Shown: piece after piece, positions 9,726 through 19,429 of the stretch
Layout of the letters: each line of letters begins with the position of its first letter
Position numbering within the stretch: position 1 is the first letter of the stretch
Virus record (IMG/VR): IMGVR_UViG_3300017752_000005
Origin: an uncultured virus (IMG/VR IMGVR_UViG_3300017752_000005)
Taxonomy: Duplodnaviria; Heunggongvirae; Uroviricota; Caudoviricetes
DNA: 64,000 nucleotides
Direction: 5' to 3' (one strand)
Notes under the pieces: generated by a model
The model's input: the letters and a program-made list of their open reading frames with translations, nothing else
Databases searched by the model: none
Told to the model about the DNA's origin: nothing
Made by a program: the position numbers and the translations under genes

Positions 9726-10493
9726 TTAAATTTTCTTTTGTTTATTTAACCAACTTTCTTCTCCTATATGTTCTGCATGAACTTTATTTGGATTAAAAAA
9801 TAAGAATGGACACAAATCGTCAGTAAAGTTCTTTAAAGTTTTTCCAGATACAATTTCGCAATGTTGAGAGTCTAGTATTTCTGAATTATTGTTTATTAAT
9901 CTAACAGAATGATACCATTCTTTAGTTCTAACAATGGTAGGTTGAAAAGTATATGTCGGTCCCCAAGGAGTATAGCCTAAATTTTGCATATATATATCTT
10001 CATCTTTAACGCTACTAGCTTCATCAAGACAGGTATCTTTTTTATTATTAATTCTAATACAAAGCTTATCAAAATTTTGATCTAGAAGATCCACACCTTT
10101 TCTACACCAATGTTCTCCTGACTGATTAGGAAAAGAAAGAAGCCAATCATCCTCAATACACATGACATACGGAAATTCATGTAATTTTTTATCAGATAAA
10201 GCAGTGAGCATATCTTTGTAATATTCCTTAGCATGAGAATTATTATTACAGTCGTGCTTCCAGTTTCCTTGAGTTTTTAAAACATTAAAACCATGAACCT
10301 TTAAATATGATTCCATCTCATCAGCCAAATCTTCTTCGCCTTCTGAAACTTTTATGTGAGCGATTTTGTAAAAGAAGGAAAACAAGCTGAACTGTTCTTG
10401 CAATCTAGCTACTGTATGCTTATAGCAATCTTTATAATCAAAGTGTCCTTTCGTTGAGGTGTATAAAACTATAGCAAGTTTTTTATCAATCAT
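9726..10493 (-). CDS. Putative glycosyltransferase (GT-A fold)
   Basis: YVMCIEDDW, TFQPTIVR, HIG; cluster context. Confidence 0.7.
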   Translation of the reverse strand: MIDKKLAIVLYTSTKGHFDYKDCYKHTVARLQEQFSLFSFFYKIAHIKVSEGEEDLADEMESYLKVHGFNVLKTQGNWKHDCNNNSHAKEYYKDMLTALSDKKLHEFPYVMCIEDDWLLSFPNQSGEHWCRKGVDLLDQNFDKLCIRINNKKDTCLDEASSVKDEDIYMQNLGYTPWGPTYTFQPTIVRTKEWYHSVRLINNNSEILDSQHCEIVSGKTLKNFTDDLCPFLFFNPNKVHAEHIGEESWLNKQKKI

Positions 10494-10508
10494 AATTTTT
10501 AGATGTAT

Positions 10509-11303
10509 TTATTGTTTCTTCCAAAGTTCTAAATTGTGCTTTATTCTACCTCTACTTTGCAATTCATCTTCACTTAATGAATGATCATTTGAATCGCCTC
10601 CAGTAGCTTCCTCCCAAAAATTTTTCCAAAACTTATTTCTAGTCACCCGTTCTTTTAAATCAATATACCCCAAGTGATATACAAAAGGATAACCGCTTCT
10701 ACAATATTTAAGAGCTTCTGCAACATTTTGTGTGCTACATAGTGGGTATGTCTCAAGAAGATTTCCAGAATCGTCTATAAGCTCGTCTGTGCTTGTTTTA
10801 TTGTAATCAGGGCGACCATCTTCTTTGATACCGAAATTTACTGGACCTCTATTTAATCCTGTTTTATGGATATACCATTTTGAACCAAAGTCAATAAAGT
10901 GATCATAATCTCCATAAAGATTAATCACTGGAACAAAGAAAGATGCGAATTTCTCGTTTTCAATCAACTGTTTTCCTAAAGTTTTGATTACCTCTTTGTC
11001 ACCCCCTAATCTTTCGTCTAAATTTTGTTGAATCAACAAATCTCCAGAGCAAGCTTGCAATGCTGAGTTTTCTGTTTTTCCATAACAAAAAGGGTCTTCA
11101 TAAGAAATATCTACAGGAATAACTTTTAAGTTGTATCCTTTTTCTTCTCCATATTTTCTTATCTCAGCTTCTGTATTGTCTACACTCTTATTGACTGCAA
11201 TACAAACTTCATCTGCGTAATAAAACCAGTTGTCTAGTGCATCTTTATGATTAAACCCTTTATCTAAAATATTAAATGCTGTTGAATATATACTAATTTT
11301 CAT
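10509..11303 (-). CDS. Glycosyltransferase (GT2-like)
   Basis: ADEVCIAV..SVDNT, NSALQACSGD..QQNLDE, VYHLG. Confidence 0.8.
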   Translation of the reverse strand: MKISIYSTAFNILDKGFNHKDALDNWFYYADEVCIAVNKSVDNTEAEIRKYGEEKGYNLKVIPVDISYEDPFCYGKTENSALQACSGDLLIQQNLDERLGGDKEVIKTLGKQLIENEKFASFFVPVINLYGDYDHFIDFGSKWYIHKTGLNRGPVNFGIKEDGRPDYNKTSTDELIDDSGNLLETYPLCSTQNVAEALKYCRSGYPFVYHLGYIDLKERVTRNKFWKNFWEEATGGDSNDHSLSEDELQSRGRIKHNLELWKKQ

Positions 11304-11312
11304 TTTTAAAAT

Positions 11313-12200
11313 TTATTCGTATCTCCAAGATTTTTCTGTATTTTCTATTTCTTCAAATGTCGCACTTTTATCTACTCTGTAACGATAAAAGTTTTTCCAA
11401 ACTCTATGACTATTGATCCATGCTTTAAAATTATCTAAATCATTTTCTTGAAACCATAGCATAAAATCTTTCAGAGAATGTAACGTATACTCAAATCCTT
11501 TGATTAGTGCAATGTCGCGAACATGAAGTCGTATCAATTCTGCTCTTTTATACTCTTCTATACTATCTTCAAGCCCTAAAAGCAAATGATTTGATCTACC
11601 ATATACCCAAGCATATTTAACTTCGTGATCTATTTTATTGTCAATGGGTCTTCCCCCGTCTTCTCCATCTTTTATTCTCCATGTATGCTCTTTTTCATCT
11701 GCGTCATACAAATTTTGTAAATTAAGAGAGTTCATTTGCGCGCCCTGTAAGCCCCAATGAGGCGATCCTTGAAAAAGCATAGAATCATTCCATTGAAAGG
11801 CAAAACCCTTACTATAATCGAATACAGAGCGAATACCTTGCATTTCAAAAGCGCGTAAGGTTTTAGGAAGTTCTTTAGCCCATTCTGCATTAAATCTTTC
11901 CATAGAATCCCTTAGAATAAACCAATCTCCAGATTTCAATGGTCCTTCGCGAAGAAACACATTCATTTGAAGGTCGTGATCATTTGTCCAAGGACGAGTA
12001 ATAATAGCACCATCTCCTTTTCTTTCTTCAAGTAAATTAAAGCACTCGTCTTTTTTGTGACCAGCCAACAAGGAAGCCTGTTCATTAGAATCATATCCAA
12101 ATATCAAACCATCAACATGCTCCCAAATAGGATCAGTTAACTCTTTAATATTATCATATTCGTTTGAGTTTGTTATTCCGCAAAGGTAAATCTTGCTCAT
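11313..12200 (-). CDS. Putative glycosyltransferase-like protein (divergent GT-A)
   Basis: GDWFILRDSMER resembles the W.l.lD.DE motif; SPHW; cluster context. Confidence 0.55.
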   Translation of the reverse strand: MSKIYLCGITNSNEYDNIKELTDPIWEHVDGLIFGYDSNEQASLLAGHKKDECFNLLEERKGDGAIITRPWTNDHDLQMNVFLREGPLKSGDWFILRDSMERFNAEWAKELPKTLRAFEMQGIRSVFDYSKGFAFQWNDSMLFQGSPHWGLQGAQMNSLNLQNLYDADEKEHTWRIKDGEDGGRPIDNKIDHEVKYAWVYGRSNHLLLGLEDSIEEYKRAELIRLHVRDIALIKGFEYTLHSLKDFMLWFQENDLDNFKAWINSHRVWKNFYRYRVDKSATFEEIENTEKSWRYE

Positions 12201-12304
12201 GCTTCCTCCTTTATAAGGTTTAAAATATCTTGAGCGATTAGCATAGACTCTTCTTCTTCTATCTCATAATAATCCATGAGCATTTGTGCTATTTTAAATT
12301 TCAT
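12197..12304 (-). CDS. Small hypothetical protein (35 aa, MKFKIAQML...)
   Basis: Fills the gap between two GT genes, ATGA-coupled to the next gene; start re-assigned to ATG 12304. Confidence 0.45.
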   Translation of the reverse strand: MKFKIAQMLMDYYEIEEEESMLIAQDILNLIKEEA

Positions 12305-13049
12305 TCCAATGTTGAAACGATAAATCTTTTTCGTTTTCTGGTATTTTTCCATAAGTAGGCCAATCCCCTGCAATAGCTTCTTTCCATTCTTCATCGGTCA
12401 AGTTTGGATAAACAAATTTTTCTTTTGGAGTTTCTAAACAGAACAATACTTTCGTGTCAGGATGATGTTTCCAAAGAGAACCGTCTGGATTCTCTCTTAC
12501 GCTGTCCCACCCACAATCCTTAAACATGTAGTAAGATTTAAAAAACGACATTTCTTTGTTCATATACTCTTGAAGCGATTGTTCTGTCCACCTTTGATCG
12601 GCTAGAGGGCCGGGACCACCAAAATCTTTTTGTGCGATTAAGTAATCTGACCTTCTAATAAATTGCGCTCTCTCTGAATATTGACCATGACCTTGATCTC
12701 CCGCTAAATCTACATAAAAATTACCTTCTATAAGAATATCATTTTTAAATGTTTCAATCATATTCTCTGTAATAACAGTTTCTAGTGAATGATCTACTTG
12801 TATGTAAAAAGCGAAGTCGCTTTGGCATTGAGAAAAAAGTTGAACAGTTCCCGCTCCACATCCAATATTAATAGCGTTATGTATAACTCTATCGCACATT
12901 CCAGACTCAAGGAACTGATCTGCATATTTCTCTCCACCATTATTTAAAACAACTACTTTCTTATCAAATCTAGCATTCTTTTTGATAGACAAAAGAAGTG
13001 CCAGCAACTCTTGCGGTCTATTGTAATCTAAGATTAAAATCTCTGTCAT
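12294..13049 (-). CDS. Glycosyltransferase (GT2-like)
   Basis: ILILDYNRP..L..LL.SI, VVVLNNG, NIGCGAG, FYIQVD. Confidence 0.8.
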   Translation of the reverse strand: MTEILILDYNRPQELLALLLSIKKNARFDKKVVVLNNGGEKYADQFLESGMCDRVIHNAINIGCGAGTVQLFSQCQSDFAFYIQVDHSLETVITENMIETFKNDILIEGNFYVDLAGDQGHGQYSERAQFIRRSDYLIAQKDFGGPGPLADQRWTEQSLQEYMNKEMSFFKSYYMFKDCGWDSVRENPDGSLWKHHPDTKVLFCLETPKEKFVYPNLTDEEWKEAIAGDWPTYGKIPENEKDLSFQHWNEI

Positions 13050-13054
13050 TTTGT

Positions 13055-14221
13055 TTATCCTATTCCTGTTAGTTTTTTGTTTTCGAATTGCTTAGGTAAA
13101 TAAATTCTAAAGTGAGGAGCATCTAACCAAAATTTTAAGTCATTATGATCCTTGCCTAAAGTCATACAAATCTGATCTCCAACCAGATAATATTTTCCAG
13201 AATTAACCTTGGCCTTTTCTTGTAAAACCTTTAGCTCCTCTTCTTTTAATTTCTCGGCTTCTTCTTCTGGATTTAGATATACTATATCGTAGTTAAAGAA
13301 TTTATTTCTTTGTTCTGAAAGTTTTTCTTCACAAAGACAATTCAGTTCAAATTCTATACCTGAGACTCTAAGGTAATCTAAGAAAGACTCGGAAAACTCT
13401 TCGGCAAAATAAACTACTTTCGAGATTTTTGATTTAAAAAATTCAAGTGCTTGTGTATTTATTGGTTTAGTAGTAATTATCTCACAAGGTCTAGCCGATA
13501 ATTTTAAAAGGGTAGACATATTTTGTTCGTTGTGAGTTATGTCCATTCTAATTCTAACCTCCGCATCATTGATAACAGGTTTCGTTGGAATGGAAGAAGG
13601 AACGATGTCAATAATTTTCTGAGTATATTCTTTGCCAACAAAAACAGTCTCTTGGGTTTGATAAGTATTATACTTTAATCTTTTGAAGCACTCGTTGGCA
13701 ATTTGCTCTGGCTGAATAAGATCAATCATCTTAGGATCTTCGTGATTTGAAAAAGAAGGCTTCCTACCGCCCCTATCAGATTCGATTATCGAAGCTTTTT
13801 TTTCATTCCACAAGGGTCTGCAAGACGCTGCATAAGTATGAGCGTATATGCTTACAGTAGGAATGTCTAACGCAGAAGCAATGTGAACGGGTCCAGAGTC
13901 AATACCTACATGACACATAGCATTTTGAATTATGTAACAACTCTGCTTAAAGGTCGTGTTGTTAAAAAACGCATCGACTCCTTCTATAACTGGATCTTCT
14001 TTTGTTCCTATTTGAAAGATTTTAACGCCCCTTTTATCGAATTCTACTTTTAGAATTTTTACTACATCATTCCAGTAAGAATAATTTTTTGTTGGAACTT
14101 TATTACTGTTATGAATAGTAATATATTTTTCATCTCCTATTGGAAAAAAATGAGGTCTAAGCACAGGCTTATTAGCCTCTACATTTAAATCTCTCCTATA
14201 TACTTCTGCTAAATGTGCCAT
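13055..14221 (-). CDS. GT9 (heptosyltransferase-like) C-terminal nucleotide-sugar-binding domain with extension
   Basis: KNYSYW, QIG, HVGIDSGPVHIASALDIPTVSIY. Confidence 0.8.
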   Translation of the reverse strand: MAHLAEVYRRDLNVEANKPVLRPHFFPIGDEKYITIHNSNKVPTKNYSYWNDVVKILKVEFDKRGVKIFQIGTKEDPVIEGVDAFFNNTTFKQSCYIIQNAMCHVGIDSGPVHIASALDIPTVSIYAHTYAASCRPLWNEKKASIIESDRGGRKPSFSNHEDPKMIDLIQPEQIANECFKRLKYNTYQTQETVFVGKEYTQKIIDIVPSSIPTKPVINDAEVRIRMDITHNEQNMSTLLKLSARPCEIITTKPINTQALEFFKSKISKVVYFAEEFSESFLDYLRVSGIEFELNCLCEEKLSEQRNKFFNYDIVYLNPEEEAEKLKEEELKVLQEKAKVNSGKYYLVGDQICMTLGKDHNDLKFWLDAPHFRIYLPKQFENKKLTGIG

Positions 14222-14223
14222 GT

Positions 14224-16113
14224 TTACCTATCAAGACCGTTGTGCATATAATTAAGATACTTTTGCGTTCCCACAAATGGCAGAAAGGCAATATCAAAAT
14301 ATCCTTTATGATCTCCTTGTCCTTCTAAAAGAAGAAGATTCTCCATCTCTCTTTTGAACGGCAGCAACTTATGGACATAAGGGCTGTCTTCTATCATGGG
14401 AAAGAATACTGGATTTGTAACAAAATAAATATTATACTCTGGATACTTCTCTTTCAATCCTTGCATCAATGAATTCATCATCAATACGTCACCCGCGCTT
14501 TCTGGCATCACGACCACAATTCTTTTCTCGTCTTCTCCCTCAAAATATTCTGTAATATCCTTTGGTTTTTGATGTATCTTTTGATTTTTTTCTAAAGCGT
14601 GTCTTCTAAGATATTCGTAAACAAAACCTCTACCCTTGTCTTTGATAATTTGAACACCTTTTACAATCTCTATAGATAGATCGTTCAACTTTTTGTCAAA
14701 CATTCTATCATAGATATCAATAAGCCACTCTTTTGAACCAACACCGTCATTGGTATCAAAAGAAACTTCGATATCAGTATTTGCCAGCTTTTGTTCAAAA
14801 TTAAAATCCCAATTTGTCTTTGGAAAACTTTGTATAATCTCTTTAAGTCTAGCTACTGTTTTATCAGCATCAAATCTATCTTTAATGCACTTTTGAGCTT
14901 TGCTAACCAATGAATCCTTTTCGTCTTGTGGCATATCCTTTACCCTGATAAGATTTTCACAAATAGATTCTGGAAGAGTTGTCGCCTTGATAAATCTTGT
15001 CATAGGCTCTCTGTATTCAACCCACTTCAAAGGTATGCCGCCATCCTTTTCATAACAAGAGTCTAAACCGCAAGAATATTCCGTGACAAGCGTGATCAGA
15101 CCCGCAGCTTTAGCTTCTTGAATTGGAAGCTCTTGACCTCCGCTAGTAAACGGGTGACAATAGACATCCATAATATTATAGATGCTGTTTAACTGCTCTT
15201 CTGTAACCCCGAATGCGTTGCTCTTTGTTACCATAGAATCTTTTGTTCCACAGTGATCGCAAGTTTGATTCTCGCCGTCATAAGGTCTTATAGAAAAATT
15301 TTTGCATTTAGGGCAAATGTAGGTGGCGAGAATATCGTTCTTGTCGATACCTTTTTCTTCAACATATTTTACAATATCCCAAGTATTTTGGTCTACCTTC
15401 CAATCTGTATGTAAAAGCAGTTTTGGATTATCTTCTGGAGAACACTTTTCTTTGAACTGTTTAAAACCTTCAAGTAAATTAGGCACAGACTTTCTAAGTT
15501 GATTTTTAAAAACAAATCCAGTAACAAAAGAATTTTCTAAACCATGATCTGCTCTTAATTTTTGCCTCTCTTCATCTGGCAACCTATAAAAAGAAGAATA
15601 GTCAACTGCTCCATGTAGAGTTTCTACATCAAAGCCCTTTTTGTTCATCTCTTCCTCTGCGAAAGATGCCCAAACTAAAAACTTATCAACTAATGGAGCT
15701 ACGGTATAAGCTTGATCTAGAATAGGCAAACTGTCCAAAGTGGTCCAAATGACACTACCTATCTTGCCAATCCAAGGCTTTTTTGCCCAATCAAAAGCCC
15801 AAATATCTTCAATACCTACTACTACATCTGGTTTTTCTTTTTCGATGATTTCATCAATAGTATAGTTCCCATATTCAGCTAATCTCTTTTTATACGGGTC
15901 TGAATTGATCTCTTGAAGTGCAGATGGCTTGATTGGAAATGTCCCGTAGGATGTCCAAGGTGTTCTTAGGTCTGCTCCAAAACGAACGCCGTTAGCCGCT
16001 TCGACAACTTCAATATCAGGATCTTCATGGAGGCGGCGAAGAACATTTTTCATATTCTTTCCGAATCCAGTAACCGCTTTTGAAAAATTAGATATGAATA
16101 AAACCTTGTGCAT
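14224..16113 (-). CDS. GT4-like glycosyltransferase with CxxC...CxxC insertion and a C-terminal GT9 N-domain
   Basis: TGFG, KNQLRKSVP, YNIMDVYCHPFTSGGQELPIQEAKAAG; CPKC/CDHC; C-terminal PESAGDVLMMNSL..LKEKYP. Confidence 0.85.
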   Translation of the reverse strand: MHKVLFISNFSKAVTGFGKNMKNVLRRLHEDPDIEVVEAANGVRFGADLRTPWTSYGTFPIKPSALQEINSDPYKKRLAEYGNYTIDEIIEKEKPDVVVGIEDIWAFDWAKKPWIGKIGSVIWTTLDSLPILDQAYTVAPLVDKFLVWASFAEEEMNKKGFDVETLHGAVDYSSFYRLPDEERQKLRADHGLENSFVTGFVFKNQLRKSVPNLLEGFKQFKEKCSPEDNPKLLLHTDWKVDQNTWDIVKYVEEKGIDKNDILATYICPKCKNFSIRPYDGENQTCDHCGTKDSMVTKSNAFGVTEEQLNSIYNIMDVYCHPFTSGGQELPIQEAKAAGLITLVTEYSCGLDSCYEKDGGIPLKWVEYREPMTRFIKATTLPESICENLIRVKDMPQDEKDSLVSKAQKCIKDRFDADKTVARLKEIIQSFPKTNWDFNFEQKLANTDIEVSFDTNDGVGSKEWLIDIYDRMFDKKLNDLSIEIVKGVQIIKDKGRGFVYEYLRRHALEKNQKIHQKPKDITEYFEGEDEKRIVVVMPESAGDVLMMNSLMQGLKEKYPEYNIYFVTNPVFFPMIEDSPYVHKLLPFKREMENLLLLEGQGDHKGYFDIAFLPFVGTQKYLNYMHNGLDR

Positions 16114-16136
16114 AGAATCAAAATTTTAAAATAGAT

Positions 16137-16988
16137 TTAATTAACGTAAGCATCTATATTTTGATTTACATATTGCTCTACGGTCTGCCAATCATAATCG
16201 CCTATCACTTCTTGTAGTTTGGAATTATCTGCTTTTGTAAATTTTTGATATTGACCTTTTAGTTCTATTGGCATTGGGATCTCAGTAATGACTGAATTAG
16301 ACTTTAATTTTACAATTTCTGCGACATCCCTAAATGAAGTTGTCTGCCCTGTGCCTACGTTAAAGACACCAGAATCATCATAATCTAACATTCTGTAATG
16401 TATTCGACAAACATCATCAATAGAAACAAAATCTCTTTTATATTTTTCACTGTTCTCAAATATTTTTATTTCGCCATTTCTTTGAGCTTGTTTGATAAAC
16501 TTAGATACAGGACTAGCTTGTTCGCCTTTTTTATCTTCTCCTAACCCATATACATTAAAATATCTAAACCCTTGATATGGATATTCTTGATTCATTAACC
16601 AACAATCAAACATATATTTGCTAAAAGCATAAGGACTCAAAGGCTTACAAAATTCATCTTCTTTAAAAGTTTCAGAAGAGCCATAAACAGATGCACTACT
16701 CGCATATTGAAACTTGATTCCAGAATCACGGCAAACTTCATATAGTCTTTTCGAAAACTCAAAATTTTGTTTTAATATTTTTTTTAAATTCTTCTCTGTA
16801 GTTGAAGAATTGGCTCCCAAATGTATCACCGCATCTTGATTTAAAATATCTGATAATTTATCAAATTCATCTTGATGAGATTTACTTATATCGAAACGAC
16901 TAACCTGATATCCAAGATGCTCTAAATATGAGCATAAATTACTCCCTATAAATCCAGCAGCGCCTGTTACTAATACTTTGTTATTCAA
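16137..16988 (-). CDS. hldD: ADP-L-glycero-D-manno-heptose 6-epimerase-like SDR
   Basis: VTGAAGFIGSNL, HLGANSSTTE, YASSASVYG, YAFSK, FRYFNVYG, RDFV, YQKFTKAD; TTG start. Confidence 0.85.
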   Translation of the reverse strand: MNNKVLVTGAAGFIGSNLCSYLEHLGYQVSRFDISKSHQDEFDKLSDILNQDAVIHLGANSSTTEKNLKKILKQNFEFSKRLYEVCRDSGIKFQYASSASVYGSSETFKEDEFCKPLSPYAFSKYMFDCWLMNQEYPYQGFRYFNVYGLGEDKKGEQASPVSKFIKQAQRNGEIKIFENSEKYKRDFVSIDDVCRIHYRMLDYDDSGVFNVGTGQTTSFRDVAEIVKLKSNSVITEIPMPIELKGQYQKFTKADNSKLQEVIGDYDWQTVEQYVNQNIDAYVN

Positions 16989-17031
16989 AACAGTCGTAAA
17001 GAAGTTATTTGATTTTGTCTATATCAGAATA

Positions 17032-17640
17032 CTAAAATGGGATACCAGAGTCTTCTTCCTCTAGCTCTGCTTCGGGTTTAGATTTAGCGGGTTTAGATTC
17101 GGGTTCTTCCTCCTTATTTTTCTGATCTTGCTTGAATTTTTTAGCCAACTCAGCACCTTCTAGACCCATTGCGCCCTTAATATAGTTTTCTAGAAAAACT
17201 CTTAAACAATAAGCTTCAGCAGGGTTCAAAGCCACACCCACATAAAACTTAGGGTTAGGACAGGAAACAGAAAAAGCAAATCTAGCAATCGTGTGAGTCT
17301 CCTCTTGTCCGTCTCTACCACGAAATTTTCTGCTTCCAGCAAATGAACCAGCTTTGATCCAAGTTCCGCTTTCTCCGTTTTTGTGATAAGACTCGAAAGG
17401 AATCTTAGTATCAAGAGTATGTAAAATATCTCCCGCTTCCGAAGGAGAGATCATAATACATTTTTTATTAGCTGGATTATATCCAGTTTTCTGTGGACTG
17501 CCAGCCCATTCTTTTTGCGGGACAACTTCTACAAAAAGCCTTTCTTCCCACATATCCTTCTTATTTTTCTGCTTGGATACACGAAAACTAGCTAGTCCTC
17601 CCGAATTTTTCTTATTTGGTGAAAAAATAGTGTAATTCAT
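17032..17640 (-). CDS. Putative single-stranded DNA-binding protein
   Basis: Aromatic/basic beta-rich core, low-complexity linker, acidic C-terminus EEEDSGIPF like bacterial SSB tails. Confidence 0.55.
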   Translation of the reverse strand: MNYTIFSPNKKNSGGLASFRVSKQKNKKDMWEERLFVEVVPQKEWAGSPQKTGYNPANKKCIMISPSEAGDILHTLDTKIPFESYHKNGESGTWIKAGSFAGSRKFRGRDGQEETHTIARFAFSVSCPNPKFYVGVALNPAEAYCLRVFLENYIKGAMGLEGAELAKKFKQDQKNKEEEPESKPAKSKPEAELEEEDSGIPF

Positions 17641-17661
17641 AACTGATAATATCTCTAAAAG

Positions 17662-17689
17662 AGTATAAGGAATTTTTTAGAAAATACAA
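17662..17689 (-). promoter_or_regulatory. sigma70-like promoter TTGTAT-N16-TATACT
   Basis: In the divergent gap upstream of the SSB-like gene. Confidence 0.45.
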
Positions 17690-18741
17690 TGATAAATAAA
17701 CTAGATCCTCGTCAATACAACCCGTATGCGTTAAATACTCCTAGCGGCAACCTGTCTTTTGAAGAGGGCGTTGACTTTTTTAACTGTAACTTGCTTGAAA
17801 ATTTAACTGGAGATTTTAATATTACTGGATCTTTACAGGTTAATAATGGTAAAGTTATTTTTTCTGATTCTTCTAATCTAATCCAAGATAATAACAATTC
17901 AGTTATAAATTCTATAAGTGCATCTGTTAGCGGTTCAAATAATACATTGATTAATTCTAATCAATCTGTTTTGTTGGGCAACAATAATACAATATTAGGT
18001 GGAGAACAGAACCGCATAACAGATTCTGATGATTCAGCTATAATATTTGGATCTAATGTTTTAAATCAAAATACCGGCTCTGCAATTATAGCAGATGGAA
18101 ATTCAGTCAGACCCAAAGAATCTGTTAGAGATAATGCTCTTACTATTGATTTTTCCAGCGGAGCTTTTGTCTTAAATGATCTTTTCGTAGACGGATCAGT
18201 TTATCTAAGTGGTAATACCGAGGTTTCAGATGGTTCTTTTACAGTAAAAGAAGGTCATTCTGGTATTTTTGAAGGAGGTATTTGTGTGTCAGGAGAGTCT
18301 TACTTAAAAGGCCCATCATATCTTTCTGGTTCTCCAATTCAAAATTTACAAACCCTACTTGAAGCAAGTGGACAACTAAATCATACAGCCACAGGTATCA
18401 GCGGTTCATATTTTGAACCTCTGGAAGCTACTGGCGCGCTTTTTGAATTAAATTTAAGATCAACTGGAGCAATCCTTGGTTCTCTAATAGAATCTACAGG
18501 TGTTTCTCTTAGTTCTATAATTGAATCTACAGGCGTTTCTTCAACAAATCATACAAACAATCTTAGCGGTATATTATCTGATGAATTTTATGTCGATAAA
18601 TTAATATTAGACACTGGAAGAACTATTCCAACTAATTTTGACTCTGCTGGTATTAGCGGAGAATTATCTTTCGATCATCAATATTTCTACATTTGCACTG
18701 GAGATAGCGCATGGGCTAGAATATTACTTGGATGGAGTTAA
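17689..18741 (+). CDS. Putative virion fibre/appendage protein, Ser/Thr-Gly rich
   Basis: Asn/Gly beta-helix-like stretch (ILGGEQNRI), 11-residue TG repeats, C-terminal GISGELSFDHQYFYICTGDSAWARI motif typical of phage fibres. Confidence 0.65.
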   Translation: MINKLDPRQYNPYALNTPSGNLSFEEGVDFFNCNLLENLTGDFNITGSLQVNNGKVIFSDSSNLIQDNNNSVINSISASVSGSNNTLINSNQSVLLGNNNTILGGEQNRITDSDDSAIIFGSNVLNQNTGSAIIADGNSVRPKESVRDNALTIDFSSGAFVLNDLFVDGSVYLSGNTEVSDGSFTVKEGHSGIFEGGICVSGESYLKGPSYLSGSPIQNLQTLLEASGQLNHTATGISGSYFEPLEATGALFELNLRSTGAILGSLIESTGVSLSSIIESTGVSSTNHTNNLSGILSDEFYVDKLILDTGRTIPTNFDSAGISGELSFDHQYFYICTGDSAWARILLGWS

Positions 18742-18744
18742 GAA

Positions 18745-18972
18745 CTAAGATGATTTAATCTTATTATATTCTTCTCTACTTTGTCCAAAGTGTATTTCTG
18801 CACAACCTAAACAAAAATATACTCCACAGTAGAAGCACCTATACATATCTTGGATCGGAAATGTCTTTTCGCATCGACATGTTATTTCCTTTCCCCCGTT
18901 TAGTTCTAGACTTTGTTTTTTTAAATCTTTTAAAATTAATGGATTTTTGGTTCTTTTTAAATAATAATCCAT
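18745..18972 (-). CDS. Small Cys-rich zinc-finger protein
   Basis: CRC...CFYC...CLGC..IH. Confidence 0.65.
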   Translation of the reverse strand: MDYYLKRTKNPLILKDLKKQSLELNGGKEITCRCEKTFPIQDMYRCFYCGVYFCLGCAEIHFGQSREEYNKIKSS

Positions 18973-18984
18973 TAGTAAAGAATT

Positions 18985-19428
18985 TTAATCCTTAGTGCTA
19001 CCGTCCTTGTCTAGCTTTACATTTGGAGTAGAAGCATTGTAATCTACAGAAGCTATACCACCAACCCTTCTTACGGATTGTTTGTCATAAAAGTGTTTTA
19101 CTCCACGATTTTTTTCGTATTCTTTGAATACTTTGCGCTTGTGCGGGTCTTCGTGACCTAATTTATCTTCTCTTTTTTGAGAGAGGTCTTTAGATATATC
19201 CCAAAGATCGCCTATGCTTCCTTTAAACCCCGCAGTTTTTTGAGTAGCTTCCTTAATGTCAAAAGGATTTATGTTTGAAAAAGAATCTACACTAGCATTA
19301 GGAACAGTAAAAACCCTTTTGCATTCAACTCCCGTCTCTGGATCGAAGAAAACATGATCGTCTGTCATCTTTTGGATAACTTCATAGAAACCACCTGTTT
19401 CTTCATTTTTGTAAACGTAAATTGGCAT
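18985..19428 (-). CDS. FmdB-like protein (degenerate zinc ribbon)
   Basis: MPIYVY....G..YEVIQKM.D....CKRVF; most Cys ligands absent. Confidence 0.65.
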   Translation of the reverse strand: MPIYVYKNEETGGFYEVIQKMTDDHVFFDPETGVECKRVFTVPNASVDSFSNINPFDIKEATQKTAGFKGSIGDLWDISKDLSQKREDKLGHEDPHKRKVFKEYEKNRGVKHFYDKQSVRRVGGIASVDYNASTPNVKLDKDGSTKD

Positions 19429-19429
19429 A

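Noticed and set aside
17630..17635. GTGTAA upstream of the 17689 gene
   Set aside because: 53 nt from the ATG and inside the opposite gene's coding start; outside the spacing of the other copies, so not counted.
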